Shown in pieces: positions 11,354-22,194 of a stretch of DNA of 64,000 nt. Made by a program: the position numbers and the translations under genes. Source of the stretch: Methanobacteriota archaeon (GTDB taxonomy: Archaea; Halobacteriota; Bog-38; Methanoflorentales; Methanoflorentaceae); NCBI GenBank assembly GCA_963720465.1, contig OY970393.1, forward strand, positions 320,001-384,000, given 5' to 3'. Position 1 is the first letter of the stretch. Each line of letters starts with the position of its first letter. The notes under the pieces were generated by a model that ran no database searches, was not told where the DNA came from, and worked only from the letters and a program-made list of their open reading frames with translations.

Positions 11354-11512
11354 CTCCTTTGACGTAGGCGGCAGTTGTTAGCCGCCGCTCAAAAACAAGT
11401 AAAAAGGCGCGTTAAAGGAATAAGTGTTGTTGTTACAGTCGCTTGTTACAGAGATTGACGTGATTTTTCAGTCGCGGAGCGACACACAATTTTGCAGTTC
11501 AATGACTAGAAG

Positions 11513-11640
11513 ACCAGCTAAATAAGAATCACATTCTCACTCATGGCGTTTCAGGAGTTGATTGGCGATTCCACAAACACCCTCTTCCCGCTTCGGTGTG
11601 ACGCCTATCTGAAATACTGGAGAGTTGTGAGACTCGACGC
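11513..11640 (+). repeat. Integrase 3'-tail copy T1
   Basis: Encodes NKNHILTHGVSGVDWRFHKHPLPASV..YLKYW. Confidence 0.85.
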
Positions 11641-11666
11641 TTTTGCCCAGTTAAAAAGGCCGCTCG

Positions 11667-11939
11667 CTATTCCTTGCCTCGCTTGAGTTTCTGATATTCT
11701 CGTTCAGTGATCCTGTCTGTCATTCCACTCCCCATAAAGACGCTCGCGCCGTGTGCAACTAATCCGATTCCCCAAAAACCGAGCACAAAGACGAACCACG
11801 GGAACCCGGCACCTGTAAACCACCATACGGCGACGAGAAAAAGGTTCACCACTACATAAATTGTGAAATGGATATAGAATCCGACCTTTTCTTCAGCCCG
11901 CTTTCGGGCCAGTCTCATCAGCTCTTCATCGCTTTGCAC
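11667..11939 (-). CDS. 2TM-domain membrane protein
   Basis: FYIHFTIYVVVNLFL...W...WGIGLVAH. Confidence 0.85.
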   Translation of the reverse strand: MQSDEELMRLARKRAEEKVGFYIHFTIYVVVNLFLVAVWWFTGAGFPWFVFVLGFWGIGLVAHGASVFMGSGMTDRITEREYQKLKRGKE

Positions 11940-11986
11940 TATTTCACCTCCGAGATATGGTCTCAGATTGGATCATGCTTTGTTCG

Positions 11987-12409
11987 TCAACTCCACTCGT
12001 AGAACACATTGGTTCCGACCTTATCGTCGCCCCCGCCTTCCACGACGCAGATGGTGCGGTTGATCCACGCAAGCTTCTCAGACGTCGTCATGAAGGTCAC
12101 GGTGCCCGTGAGCTTCCCTCCCGCGCCAGGGGCTTTTCCTGCATAGCAGAGTTTCCAGACTACGGAATCGCCGTCAGTCGTGGTCATGACCCCTTGCGCG
12201 GTGCCCGTTGTTATGCCCGTGGGCCGTACAAGATTGCGCATAGTTCCCATATTGGTGGCCTTGACGCCTTTGGCCCTTCCAAAGCCGGTAATCTCGCCAG
12301 TTACGCTATACTCAGATTCAACGCCTTCGGATCCTACGGATTTTATGGCAAACCCTCTTGGAGTGATTTTTTCCTCAAATAGCTTCTCTCCTATGGCCAA
12401 AATCTTCAC
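11987..12409 (-). CDS. Hypothetical beta-rich protein; paralog of 47435-47857
   Basis: 124/140 aa identical to the paralog by manual count. Confidence 0.8.
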   Translation of the reverse strand: MKILAIGEKLFEEKITPRGFAIKSVGSEGVESEYSVTGEITGFGRAKGVKATNMGTMRNLVRPTGITTGTAQGVMTTTDGDSVVWKLCYAGKAPGAGGKLTGTVTFMTTSEKLAWINRTICVVEGGGDDKVGTNVFYEWS

Positions 12410-12500
12410 CTGTTGCGCTGATTCTGCCTTCAGTATTTATTAGCTACCCCCAACGCGAGCGAAAAAAAGCAGATTGACGCACGCGGAGCAAGCATTCTCA

Positions 12501-12562
12501 ACATAAGCTGCCTGAGCAGGTCTACGACGTATATATAAAATATTGGCAAAATACCCAGCTAG
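12501..12562 (+). repeat. Integrase 3'-tail copy T2
   Basis: cataagctgcctgagcaggtctacgacgtatatataaaatattgg. Confidence 0.8.
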
Positions 12563-12607
12563 AAAATTAAACTGTCGCTAACAGTTTGATCAAATGAACA
12601 CTGAAGC

Positions 12608-12805
12608 GTGAGGAGTAAAGCCTGGGTTAACCTCTTTGTGAGTGCTCTTATCATCGCTACCATCATCGTTGCAGTCACCGATGCTCTTGAATTTTATGTT
12701 GTCTGGAGTGGAAAAGCAAAAATAACGCCATTGTTCGTTATCTTGGTTATCGTAGTGACGATGGTACCTATGGCAATCAACCTCTGGGTTCACATTTTCA
12801 GGTAG
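12608..12805 (+). CDS. Small two-TM protein; paralog at 47036-47233
   Basis: Frame conserved in both copies. Confidence 0.65.
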   Translation: MRSKAWVNLFVSALIIATIIVAVTDALEFYVVWSGKAKITPLFVILVIVVTMVPMAINLWVHIFR

Positions 12806-12860
12806 CTTGGCAAGGCGCCATATCGCGGCTCATAAAAGGATTAGAGTCGAGTAGGGTACC

Positions 12861-12930
12861 TACCAGCATCAGCTCCCAGATTCAATGCATGATATCTACA
12901 TGAATTATTGGGTAGATGTGCGTTTAACGA
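12861..12930 (+). repeat. Integrase 3'-tail copy T3
   Basis: Encodes YQHQLPDSMHDIYMNYWVDVRL. Confidence 0.8.
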
Positions 12931-13072
12931 CCTAAGCTCATTTCTTATGCTTCCTCCGGGTCACAGCAGCGCGATCAATGAACAACGTTTTTGTTTGCCC
13001 GCCCATTTTGGTGTACATCGGAAGACCGTTTGTCAGGCACGCACGAGGAAACTCGATCTGAGTGGCGTAGAG
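12915..13072 (+). pseudogene. Leader and first codons of a third methyltransferase copy, truncated
   Basis: Matches 15373-15530; ends at KLDLSGVE. Confidence 0.75.
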
Positions 13073-13168
13073 GCTCCGACTCTTAATCACGCGTGAACCC
13101 CATTCGCGCTTATAATTAATTCGGGGATCGTGGCACCGAGTCTAGCAATTATGACCATCCTTGGTTAA

Positions 13169-13726
13169 TTGAATCTAGCAAGTGGCGGTGCTGTTCCCAA
13201 GCCAACTTATAGAATCTCAACGAACACAGTGATGAGGGCTGTGGTGAACACCAGCTTTATAATAAGGCCAATGTCTCGTAATGATTTTAGCGAGCTTACG
13301 GAAGTTATAGATACGTCTTTTTTATGGTTTGTAAGGTCTTTGGCGCTTCATAGCGTGCGAGAAGGGCAACAAGTGCTTATAAGCGAAGCGCAAGGAACAG
13401 CGGTTGGATTTGTTAAACTAACCAATTTTCAAGTGGGTAGCGGTAAGTTCGGGCGCATACAATGGATTGCGGTTCACCCGCAATTTCGCAGAAAAGGAAT
13501 TGCGACTGCACTCGTGAATGCTGGATTTGAGTCTTTGACACACGCAGGGGCAAAAGCTGTTTTTGTTACGGTGAGGAGGAGAAATACTGCGTCTTTAACA
13601 GTATTTCGCAGCCAGGGCTTTAGAAAAATAGGATTTTTGGAACTCTGGCCGCTTTTCGGGTTGCGGATATTCGAGTTTTATAGAGAAATTTGGCTTGCCC
13701 CTTGGATACTTGTTTTAATGCAATGA
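13169..13726 (+). CDS. GNAT family N-acetyltransferase (true start probably later)
   Basis: AVHPQFRRKGIATAL; N..SL..FRSQGF. Confidence 0.85.
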   Translation: MNLASGGAVPKPTYRISTNTVMRAVVNTSFIIRPMSRNDFSELTEVIDTSFLWFVRSLALHSVREGQQVLISEAQGTAVGFVKLTNFQVGSGKFGRIQWIAVHPQFRRKGIATALVNAGFESLTHAGAKAVFVTVRRRNTASLTVFRSQGFRKIGFLELWPLFGLRIFEFYREIWLAPWILVLMQ

Positions 13727-13790
13727 TTAGTTTGGCAGCGCACACAACAAAAAGTTAGGCTAAATACGCTAAAGATCCTTGCAATACCGT

Positions 13791-13932
13791 GATACGATCG
13801 GGTGTGATCAATCAAATCGATCGTATGCTTGACTCACGGAGTTCGCGGTGTCGACGGGAAGCAGCACAAGCATCCGCTGCCGGAACACGTGTACGACGTG
13901 TATATGCGATATTGGGCGGATGTGCGATTCAC
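13791..13932 (+). repeat. Integrase 3'-tail copy T4
   Basis: Encodes LTHGVRGVDGKQHKHPLPEHVYDVYMRYWADVRF. Confidence 0.9.
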
Positions 13933-13995
13933 ACCGTGGAAAGACCTGTAGTGACTGCTGACAGGTGAAAAGATAACATAACAACGGGAGGTTAA

Positions 13996-14451
13996 TCACA
14001 GGCTTTTTTCTTTCAATCCACGCGCAAATACTCGTGCGTGCTCTAAATCTTCCTCGTTTGGCCTTCCTTTGTTAATCCCTCCGACGAGTCTCAAAGGCCC
14101 GACCGTATCCCATCCCTTGCACGAGAATTCACCAACAATAGCGAATCCTCGGCTCTCGAGTAGTTCCTTAAAAGCAGCGTAGTGTTTTGTCCCCCCTCTG
14201 CCACTCGTGGAGAACACAAAGGCCTGTTTTTCTGTGACAACGGGAAGTGCCTCGGCAAACTGCGTGATGGTCTTGTGGAACTTCATGCCGTAGATGCCGG
14301 AACCAAACCCGACGAGATCATAAGTCGTCACATTGTCAGCTTGTGCCTGATTGACAGGAACAAGATCTGCCGCCAACTCTTCTGCCATCACCTTCGCTAT
14401 TTTTTCCGTGTTCTGGTGGTGGATAGAAGCATAAACAATCAATGACTTCAT
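13996..14451 (-). CDS. Flavodoxin family protein
   Basis: IVYASIHHQNTEKIA, GFGSGIY, FSTSG, GRPNEEDL. Confidence 0.88.
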   Translation of the reverse strand: MKSLIVYASIHHQNTEKIAKVMAEELAADLVPVNQAQADNVTTYDLVGFGSGIYGMKFHKTITQFAEALPVVTEKQAFVFSTSGRGGTKHYAAFKELLESRGFAIVGEFSCKGWDTVGPLRLVGGINKGRPNEEDLEHARVFARGLKEKSL

Positions 14452-14694
14452 GACGGAAGTCTGATAGCGCTAATCTTATATTAGCAATAAAGGCCAGCTA
14501 GCGACCAGTTGTGACGATTTACAGCGTCTCACATTATAGGGAGAGCGCAGACTTGTTCTATACGTTTTATGAGCACGTTATGCACGCTCTTTCTTCTGTG
14601 AAGTCGAAAGGTGACTTATTAGTAAAGGAGCGCAGCAATATTTATATTAGTTAAACCTATTAAGCTGTATTAGATTGAAATAAGGTGATATAAG

Positions 14695-14988
14695 GTGGAT
14701 AACCAGAACAATGAACAGACGAGCTGTATAGACGTGCACTATGAGCGTGACAATAAGAGGCTGGCTGGAGCGGTGTGTGTGGCGCTCAGCAAGAATGTAG
14801 GGAGAAAAGATCGCAAGGTTGACCTCATCTTCATGCCGGAGGAGGAACATGCTTTTTCGGTGAGGAGCACTACTGAACTGATAAACATTCTCGATCATTG
14901 GAAGGTGTCGTTCGAAGAGCGAAAGCGGGTTTTTGACTTCGTTGCTGAGCGGTTGCGCATGCTTGCTGGTGAGGACACAGTAGCGTAG
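14695..14988 (+). CDS. Hypothetical protein
   Basis: 97-aa ORF with aggtga RBS-like signal; lies just before an int(N) remnant. Confidence 0.5.
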   Translation: MDNQNNEQTSCIDVHYERDNKRLAGAVCVALSKNVGRKDRKVDLIFMPEEEHAFSVRSTTELINILDHWKVSFEERKRVFDFVAERLRMLAGEDTVA

Positions 14989-15005
14989 TAAAGGGAAGGA
15001 AGTTT

Positions 15006-15160
15006 GTGGAGTTTAGGGAACATCCAAAATCCGCAAGCTCTCAACTAAAAAGATAGGATCTACCACAAATCAGACTACCTCCGCGGCTTGCTAACACCGT
15101 CGACCAAAAAATCGATATCTTCGAAACCGAGCACACTGGCACTATAGCTCTTTTTGGAAG
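15006..15160 (+). pseudogene. int(N) remnant
   Basis: GTSKIRKLSTK..PQIRLPPRLANTVDQKIDIFETEH vs GKSKIGKLSAK..YPQLRLPLQYANTVGEVADVFETEH (ORF 26740). Confidence 0.75.
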
Positions 15161-15195
15161 TGGGTCAAACGAAGGAAGATCCCGATGTCACAGTT

Positions 15196-15392
15196 TCCCG
15201 GCATTTCGTGCTTGGTGACCTGCGGAGGTTGTGCGAAGAACAAGGCGATACGATAGGGTGGGTCAATCAAATCGCGGTATATTATGACGCACGGCGTCAG
15301 CGGTATCGACTGGAAGCACTATAGCATCCGCTGCCGGCTAACGTGTACGACGTCTATATGCAGTACTGGGCGGATGTGCGTTTAACGATCTA
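15196..15392 (+). repeat. Integrase 3'-tail copy T5
   Basis: HFVLGDLRRLCEEQGD...MTHGVSGIDWKHY..HPLPANVYDVYMQYWADVRL, with indels. Confidence 0.9.
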
Positions 15393-15503
15393 AGCTCGTT
15401 TCTTATGCTTCTTCTCGGTCACAGTAGCGCGGGGAACGAACAATGTTTTTACTTAGCCAGCCCATTTTGGTGTACAATCGGAAGACATTCGTAAGGTAGT
15501 ACG

Positions 15504-16304
15504 ATGAAACTTGATCTGAGTGGCGTAGAGAAGACGTTACTCGTTCCTCTGTGGGGGCGGGCAAAACTTAGTCGAGAGAACCCTTCCATCCTTAACGATA
15601 CGAAGGCGACTGAACTCGTTGAACAGCTTGATTACGATTTTTCGAGGTTCGACAAAACTCTCGGCATACTCGGAAATCTTATGTTCGCGGCAATAGCGAA
15701 GCATGTCGACGAGAAGACCCGCGCGTACATCGCTGAGCATCCCAAAGCGTCGGTCATTGATCTTGGGGCGGGCCTTGATACTACATATTACCGGGTCGAC
15801 AACGGATCGATTCACTGGTACGACCTTGACCTTCCTGCGGCTATCGACCTTCGACGGCGACTGATTCCCGAAGCCGCTCGGTCGACGAGCATCGCAAAAT
15901 CATTGCTGGATACCAGTTGGTTTGACGATATTACTGACACTGCGAACGGCGTATTTATGATCGCAGCAGGAGTGCTCATCTTTTTTCAAGAGTCTGACAT
16001 TAAATCGTTCTTCTCATCGCTAGCAGACAGTCTCCCCGGCATGGAGATCGTGTTTAATACGCAGTCAACATTCGCCAAACTGAGGAGCAATTGGGGCATG
16101 CGGAGGATGGGGATGAAAACAACGAAATGGGCCATGAAGGATGCACGCACGATAACAAAATGGGATAATCGCATCAAGGTTTTGGATCAGCTTCCCTTGT
16201 TTAAGAACATTCCACGAAACCCTGCGTGGGGTAGCTCGGTCAAGAGATTGATGAATCTTTCCGACAGCAATGGAATGATGAACGTTGTTCACCTGCGAGT
16301 ATAG
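15504..16304 (+). CDS. Class I SAM methyltransferase (LCM/TcmP-like)
   Basis: TLLVPLWGRA, VIDLGAGLDT, WYDLDLP. Confidence 0.88.
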   Translation: MKLDLSGVEKTLLVPLWGRAKLSRENPSILNDTKATELVEQLDYDFSRFDKTLGILGNLMFAAIAKHVDEKTRAYIAEHPKASVIDLGAGLDTTYYRVDNGSIHWYDLDLPAAIDLRRRLIPEAARSTSIAKSLLDTSWFDDITDTANGVFMIAAGVLIFFQESDIKSFFSSLADSLPGMEIVFNTQSTFAKLRSNWGMRRMGMKTTKWAMKDARTITKWDNRIKVLDQLPLFKNIPRNPAWGSSVKRLMNLSDSNGMMNVVHLRV

Positions 16305-16383
16305 CGTTCATAGTTTGGCTGACATAACTAGAATTGACGACCATAGAAAACGTCAGGGGCACTGGCTTAGTTTTACACGTGCT

Positions 16384-16954
16384 TCACCATACGAATGGGA
16401 TTAGTCTCCACGTATGCTTCTTGTACGCTGCGTACTGATCTCCAAAAGACGCGACGAGCATGCGCTCTTCGACTTCAATGCGATAGCGGTACGCTGCGAC
16501 AAAGGTCAACGTTACGAGTACCTGCGACAATCCAATTGACCGTCGCCAATCCTGCCCCTACCCATAATACGATAACCCCCAGATATCCGGGGTGACGCAC
16601 GTACTTGTACGGCCCTTCCTGAACGACGCGCTGCCCCTCTGATATGTGTAACGTGCGAGTGTAGAATCTACCGAGCGTCTGAAATGCCCACACCCGAAGC
16701 GTGATGCCGCAGAGCATAACGACGATGCCGATCCAACCGATAACATCGACCATGACGCCTAGTTGGAAGTAGTTGAGCGCGTTAGCGACAATGACAAGAA
16801 TAATGTTTATGAAGAGCGCCAGACTCAGGAGCCGCGTGCTCGCCTGATCGAACGGGCCTCCCTTGAGCGTTGTAGCTGCTTGGCCCTTTCGCCTGCTTTC
16901 GGTGATCGCGTAGTACACGATCAAGATGAGGTATGCAACAAGTATCGAGTACAT
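16384..16954 (-). pseudogene. Isoprenylcysteine carboxyl methyltransferase family, frameshifted near 16520
   Basis: GPYKYVRHPGY; C-terminus RIEVEERMLVASFGDQYAAYKKHTWRLIPFVW is in another frame. Confidence 0.8.
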
Positions 16955-17167
16955 AGAGCTGGGATCTTTGTGTGATCAGTGATTGAACGACGTAGACTTA
17001 TGCTTCTTTCTGTTTGAATTTTCCAAGCTCATGCAGTTTGGCGTTAACCCAATAATCTTTTCTTAAGCACAACCGATGTCTCGATTTGCCGCGTAGGAGT
17101 GAATGACATCTTCTTCTGCTCCTCAAGCACATGATCCTTCGCTGCGACTGCGGTTCAAGTCAACAAC

Positions 17168-17857
17168 CTACAACATCATCGCCGACGTCACGCCACGTGC
17201 GATAAGGAAGATGCCGACGATGAAGAACACAGCGGCAATGAGCTGACTGCCGTGTTTCTTTAAGAAACGGATGATCGGATCGAAGATGCGGTCGAAATTT
17301 CGGGGAGTCACGGCATAAATGGCGAGTGGCCCCCAACACCAGCATAGCGCTATGGCCATTACTAGGAAAAATGCGATTGCTTTGTCGTGAACGGATAGCA
17401 CGACGACCCCGATATCTTTGCTTGCGGCGAGAGCTGGAAGCGATGAGAAGATATTGCCGAAGCCGAAGGCGATTCCCATTGAAACCAGTGCTCCTGAGCC
17501 CATTGTCGTCGCGTCAAAAGTTTTTGATTCCTGTTTCTTCAGGAGCGAACGAGCGCTTGCGTAGAGGAGCAGGAGACCGAGGATGAAGTCGATCGCCACC
17601 GTCGCCAACGACGGCTTGCCACTGGTCGTCGTCAGGCTTCCGATGGCTAGAAAAACTAGGCATATCAGCGAAAATACGACACAGTACGTTGCGACAAAGA
17701 TCGCTCCTTTTTTGAGCCGGTGTTCCGCTGAGCTCAGTACGGTCATGACGGTTATGACCGCCAACGGGCTTATCATGGCCGCGATGGCAAGTGGTATTAC
17801 GACCGCGAGAAGTTGGGGTAGGCTGACGAGCTCGCCTCCGAATATGGGGATCGCCAT
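17168..17857 (-). CDS. GAP/Sap-family membrane protein
   Basis: PLAIAAMISP, about six TM helices, LysE-like layout. Confidence 0.65.
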   Translation of the reverse strand: MAIPIFGGELVSLPQLLAVVIPLAIAAMISPLAVITVMTVLSSAEHRLKKGAIFVATYCVVFSLICLVFLAIGSLTTTSGKPSLATVAIDFILGLLLLYASARSLLKKQESKTFDATTMGSGALVSMGIAFGFGNIFSSLPALAASKDIGVVVLSVHDKAIAFFLVMAIALCWCWGPLAIYAVTPRNFDRIFDPIIRFLKKHGSQLIAAVFFIVGIFLIARGVTSAMML

Positions 17858-17906
17858 TGCTTCACTTCCGTTCTTCAGAGCATAGCAGCCATTTAAGCGC
17901 CGTAAC

Positions 17907-18420
17907 TTAAGCGTTCCGATTTAGCGCCGAGTCTGAGCGTGAAACCAACGTGAATAAGACCGAACGGCCGATGTTGCGTCTTCCCACGTGCCCACTAAAA
18001 TAGTGGAGGTGCGCTCGCGACCCTGCTAAAATCGATGTGACAAACACAGTGAGGGTCAGGGCAAGCTGTTCTTTCAACTCAAGCGCGAACGTTCGCAAAT
18101 ACGACCCTTCAAGCCGTTTGGCTCTGCCGAGGCAATAGCTGCAGGCCGCTCCGTAAATGACCATATACCGTAGTTTAGCATCTAGCTGGGCCCGTTCAAC
18201 GCTTTTTATAAGATCTTCCAGCGGTATTGTGTGCAGGTAGGCGGCAAAGAGGTTATAGATTGCCTCTCTGGTCTCGGCTTTAACTTTCGGGGTGTATATG
18301 CTTTGCACAAAAGGCAGATTGATCCTGCAGCTGATAATGGCGCTGCGAGAACGTGCTGAAAGTAAGTGTAGTTTTTCAAATGCAATTCAGGTTTCTTTGG
18401 GCAACTGCTAACTGTCATTT
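17907..18420 (-). pseudogene. Backbone family 2 (YNLFAAY...ALELKEQLA) copy, 3'-truncated, with upstream gene end
   Basis: First ~94 aa match 22195-22644. Confidence 0.75.
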
Positions 18421-18589
18421 GGTAGCTCATTTCGTAGTTTTAAGCTCAAATAAGCTTTCTTTTCATAACGAACTTGAAGCGTGAGGATTCTCGCCGCTGT
18501 ATATCAAGGAAAGCAAAATGTAACAGACTGACATGTTGACCTAAGGAGCTGCAAGTTATGAAAAAAAAAATCATGTAAATGTCAAAGAG

Positions 18590-19123
18590 ATGAATTTTGA
18601 TCAATTATTTAAACAAATTTCTCCGGAAGAGATATCCGACAATGTATTTACGTTGGCAGGAAAAGATTTTGCGGTTATTACTGCGGGCAAGGAAGATCAT
18701 TATAATTCCATGACAGGCAGTGGGGGTGGTTTGGGGCTTCTTTTCAAGAAACCCACCACTTGGTGTATTCTTCGAGCAGACCGTTATACGCTTGAAATAA
18801 TTCAAAAAGAGCACACATATACGCTGTCTTACTTCCCGAATGAATATAAGGAACAAATACTCTTTTTGGGAAGTAAATCCGGAAGAGATAGTGAGAAAAT
18901 GAAAGAAGTTGAATTGACAAGTGTTCAAACTCCTTCCGGAGATATGTCTTTCAAAGAAGCCAGACTAATTATTGAATGTAAATTAACGGAAATTACTACC
19001 GCCAATCCCAATGATTTTTACACACAAGAAGCTAAAGACTGGATAAACGAAGCTTACAAAGAAGCAAGCGATTATCGCAAATACGTATTTGGGGAAATCA
19101 CCCATGTTTGGGTAAAGAAATAA
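18590..19123 (+). CDS. Flavin reductase family protein
   Basis: ITAG...NSMT..GG.G, RYT, GSKSGRD..K, FKEARLIIECK; AT-rich. Confidence 0.85.
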   Translation: MNFDQLFKQISPEEISDNVFTLAGKDFAVITAGKEDHYNSMTGSGGGLGLLFKKPTTWCILRADRYTLEIIQKEHTYTLSYFPNEYKEQILFLGSKSGRDSEKMKEVELTSVQTPSGDMSFKEARLIIECKLTEITTANPNDFYTQEAKDWINEAYKEASDYRKYVFGEITHVWVKK

Positions 19124-19201
19124 GAATAAGATTAATCGACATTACGCCAATGTCTCTTTGAAAATCCGTGATCGGCTCGCGGGTTGAGTTTTGCACGCGA
19201 C

Positions 19202-19345
19202 GGAATCTCATCACTTTAAACTCCGCTCCTCGCGATAACCTTCTTCGTAGATTTCGAGCACAGCAATCAAGCTTTTCTGCATCGTGTGTGCACATCACCT
19301 GCGCCAACACGTCAATGATCTGGTGAAGAGGGGTCTCTTCCTTTC
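19202..19345 (-). repeat. Backbone family 2 C-terminal fragment
   Basis: PLHQIIDVLAQVMCTHDAEKL. Confidence 0.8.
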
Positions 19346-19497
19346 GGCGTCTGCACTCGGCGCCTCTTGACATCACTTTCAATCGGAGTCTTTATCGTGC
19401 CTTCTGACACGCGTTGGGGCGTCTATATATACTGCGAATAATCGTGTGTATACAAAATCACTTGGAGTAGATGGGCGCAAAAGGGTGATAATCGAAT

Positions 19498-20373
19498 ATG
19501 GTGCAGGAAGAAGCCTATGAAAAAATTAGTTCCACTGCTAAGCTAGTAGCGCACATAAGGAGCTTTACCGATATTCCGTTTGCTAAGGAGATAGCCGTAG
19601 CAAGCGGAGCAGAGAAAGACTTTCAAACATTAGCAGGCAAGAGCGCGGAATTTATGACTCAGTCTGCTTTCAATTTGGAGGCACGCTGCAAAACTACTGA
19701 TCAGATCATTGCACGTTACCATATTACACAAGTTTTGGAAATCGCTGCTGGACTTTCACCGCGTGGTCTCGCAATGACCGAAAATCCTGACGTAGTCTAT
19801 GTAGCCACTGATTTGCCGCAGATTTTAGAACAAGAAAAAGCAATTGCCGAATCCATATTTGCAAAATTGAACATACATCGTTCAAACCTGTATTACCGGG
19901 TTGCAAATGCACTTGATCGAGAGAGCTTGTTGCAAGCGGCTATTCCTTTTCGATCAGACAAGCCTGTTGCGATTATCACGGAGGGCTTACTTCCGTACCT
20001 TACCAGCGGAGAAAAAGAAACCTTGGCAGGCAACATCCATGCCCTTCTTAGACAATATGACGGAGTATGGGTTACACCGGATGTGAACACCAAACAAACC
20101 CTCAAGTTTTTTTCTCAAGCAGATGACACTATGCAGCAACGGATGCAGAATGTATCTGGCGCGACTGGGCGTGACATCGAAACGAACACATTTGAAGACG
20201 AAAATGCTGTGCGACAGTTTTTCACCAATGCTGGATTTACGATCGAAGAATATCCTTGGTCAAATGTTCTTGAAGATCTGTCTTCGGTGAAACTCTCGAA
20301 TCTCAATCGAGAGGAAATTCTTGAGATTCTACAGATGCTTATGACTTTGATTTTAACAATCCGTTCGAGCTGA
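19498..20373 (+). CDS. Class I SAM methyltransferase (LCM-like)
   Basis: ISSTAKLVA, LEIAAGLSPRG, TDLP, ITEGLLPYL. Confidence 0.85.
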   Translation: MVQEEAYEKISSTAKLVAHIRSFTDIPFAKEIAVASGAEKDFQTLAGKSAEFMTQSAFNLEARCKTTDQIIARYHITQVLEIAAGLSPRGLAMTENPDVVYVATDLPQILEQEKAIAESIFAKLNIHRSNLYYRVANALDRESLLQAAIPFRSDKPVAIITEGLLPYLTSGEKETLAGNIHALLRQYDGVWVTPDVNTKQTLKFFSQADDTMQQRMQNVSGATGRDIETNTFEDENAVRQFFTNAGFTIEEYPWSNVLEDLSSVKLSNLNREEILEILQMLMTLILTIRSS

Positions 20374-20429
20374 AAGCCGCTTTGCGCCGCGTATTCGTGT
20401 CACCATTTCCCTAGCTCATGACCCATCAT

Positions 20430-21000
20430 TTCTTTTTCGATTCCTTCGATCTCTACCCATTCAGCAGCGCGGTGGCTAAACACGTAGTTGCGCCTGAAAA
20501 AGCCCTTGGAGCACGCTGCGGTTCATTATAACTGCAAGATTGATGCAACCAAAGGGTTCGAATTGGAATCTCATCACTTGGAAGTTCGTTCTTCGTGGTA
20601 CCCGCCTTCGTAGATTTCGAGCACTGAAATCGCAAGCTTCTCGGCGTCGTGCGTGCACATCTCCTGCTGCAACACGTCAATGATCTGGAGGAGAGGTGGC
20701 TCAGCAGCCTTGTCAACGTCTGGGTGCCCACGCGCCCTCCGCTAAAATCGATGTGACAAATGTGGCGAGAGACTGGGCAAGCTGTTCTTTCAACTCAAGC
20801 GTAAAAGTTCGCAAATACCACCCATCAGGCAGTTACACTTGCTGAGGCAGTGCCTACAGGCTAAGCTGCAAACGACCACGTGCTGCAGCTTAGCATCTCG
20901 ACACGCTCTTTGGAGGCTATCTTTTAACCGATCGAACGGCCCTGTGTGGATGCACGCCGCAAAGAGGTTGTAAAGAGCATGCTTCTGCTAGTTGCTTCTT
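20430..21000 (-). pseudogene. Degenerate backbone family 2 copy plus start of its downstream gene
   Basis: Colinear with 22050-22620. Confidence 0.8.
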
Positions 21001-21157
21001 GTTGATACGAAACGAGAACAGTGCTTACCGATTCTGCTATAGTCGATGCGGCCGATTGTTGCGCCCCACCGAAAGGAAATCGGAGACACACTGTCAGAGC
21101 AAATCGCAAGATAGATCAAAAGGAAAGCCCCCTTAACGCTTAACAAATGCAAGGGAG

Positions 21158-21766
21158 GTGAAACACGTGAACGAAGACAAATGCGCAAAATGCGGCACTC
21201 CCGCTGCACCAGGTACAAAGTTTTGCGAGAGCTGTGGCGCACCGCTACCAGCCGCTGCACAACCCGCGCAGGGTTCAGCTTCTGCGGCAGCCGCTTCCGC
21301 GTATGCAACGCCAGAGCCCCAAGTGCAGTATCAGGGCGTCGCCATCCGTTTTGTGGCGCTCATCATCGATGGCCTTATTTTAGGGATTATCGACTACATA
21401 CTCATTTTTCTGTTTACTGGATCAGCCACTACGATTGATAGGTCAACTGGCGCAGTTTCGCTTGGGCCGGCGTACCCTGCGTACTACGTTGCTTTGGGTA
21501 TTGTGCTCGGACTGCTCTACTTTACGCTTCTCCTAGGGCGTTATGGCCAATCGGTCGGTATGATGGCAGTCAAGATAAAAGTAGTCAGCGAGGCGAACAG
21601 CGGACCGATCACATACGGAGCAGCGTTTATCCGCACGATTCTGCTGTATATTGACCAGATTCCGTACGTCATTCCGTACCTGCTCGGCGCAATCCTTATT
21701 TGGACCTCAGACAAGAAACAGCGTCTCGGCGATCGTGTCGCGCACACCGTCGTGGTGAAAGCTTGA
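21158..21766 (+). CDS. Zinc-ribbon plus RDD family membrane protein
   Basis: CAKCG/FCESCG; RFVALIID; GQSVGM; QRLGDRVAHT. Confidence 0.9.
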   Translation: MKHVNEDKCAKCGTPAAPGTKFCESCGAPLPAAAQPAQGSASAAAASAYATPEPQVQYQGVAIRFVALIIDGLILGIIDYILIFLFTGSATTIDRSTGAVSLGPAYPAYYVALGIVLGLLYFTLLLGRYGQSVGMMAVKIKVVSEANSGPITYGAAFIRTILLYIDQIPYVIPYLLGAILIWTSDKKQRLGDRVAHTVVVKA

Positions 21767-21989
21767 TAGGGGCTGTCACCCCTTTTTTCTCTTTTTTAGT
21801 CACCAATAAAGTCTGCTTCGCTGTCTCTCTGAGCCCGCAAACACGATCCAGAGAACAGCCGCCTCCAATAAGACGATTTGGAACTGCTTCCACAAGGGTT
21901 CAATTTGTGAAGTAGGTGATGGCCCGACTGCCAGAGTGCGCTGGAGTAAAAAAACAGCGAAACGGTGCGAGAGCGCCTGCAACAAAAGA

Positions 21990-22155
21990 CCTTCGTCTTA
22001 TCTTAGCGTATTCCTTTCGCTCTCTTCTTAGCTCCTTGTTCGTCATTTTTTTGTCGATTTCCTTTGATTTCTAAAGCCCGTTCAGAAGCATGGTGGCAAA
22101 AGCACGCAGTTACGCCTTAACAAGCCCTTGGATGCGCGCAGCAGTTCTTCATAAC
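21990..22155 (-). pseudogene. Remnant of backbone gene 'NGxxKSKEIEK'
   Basis: IQGLVKA*LRAFATMLLNGL*KSKEIDKK...RKEYA; repeated at 20430, 26355, 30890, 31680, 58215. Confidence 0.7.
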
Positions 22156-22194
22156 TACAAGAGGGGCGCAACTAAGGGTTCGAGAGGAATCTCG

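Noticed and set aside
10954-16304. Classical integron with attC sites
   Set aside because: No RYYYAAC...GTTRRRY hairpins seen by eye; the repeats are integrase coding remnants and the integrase lacks IntI features
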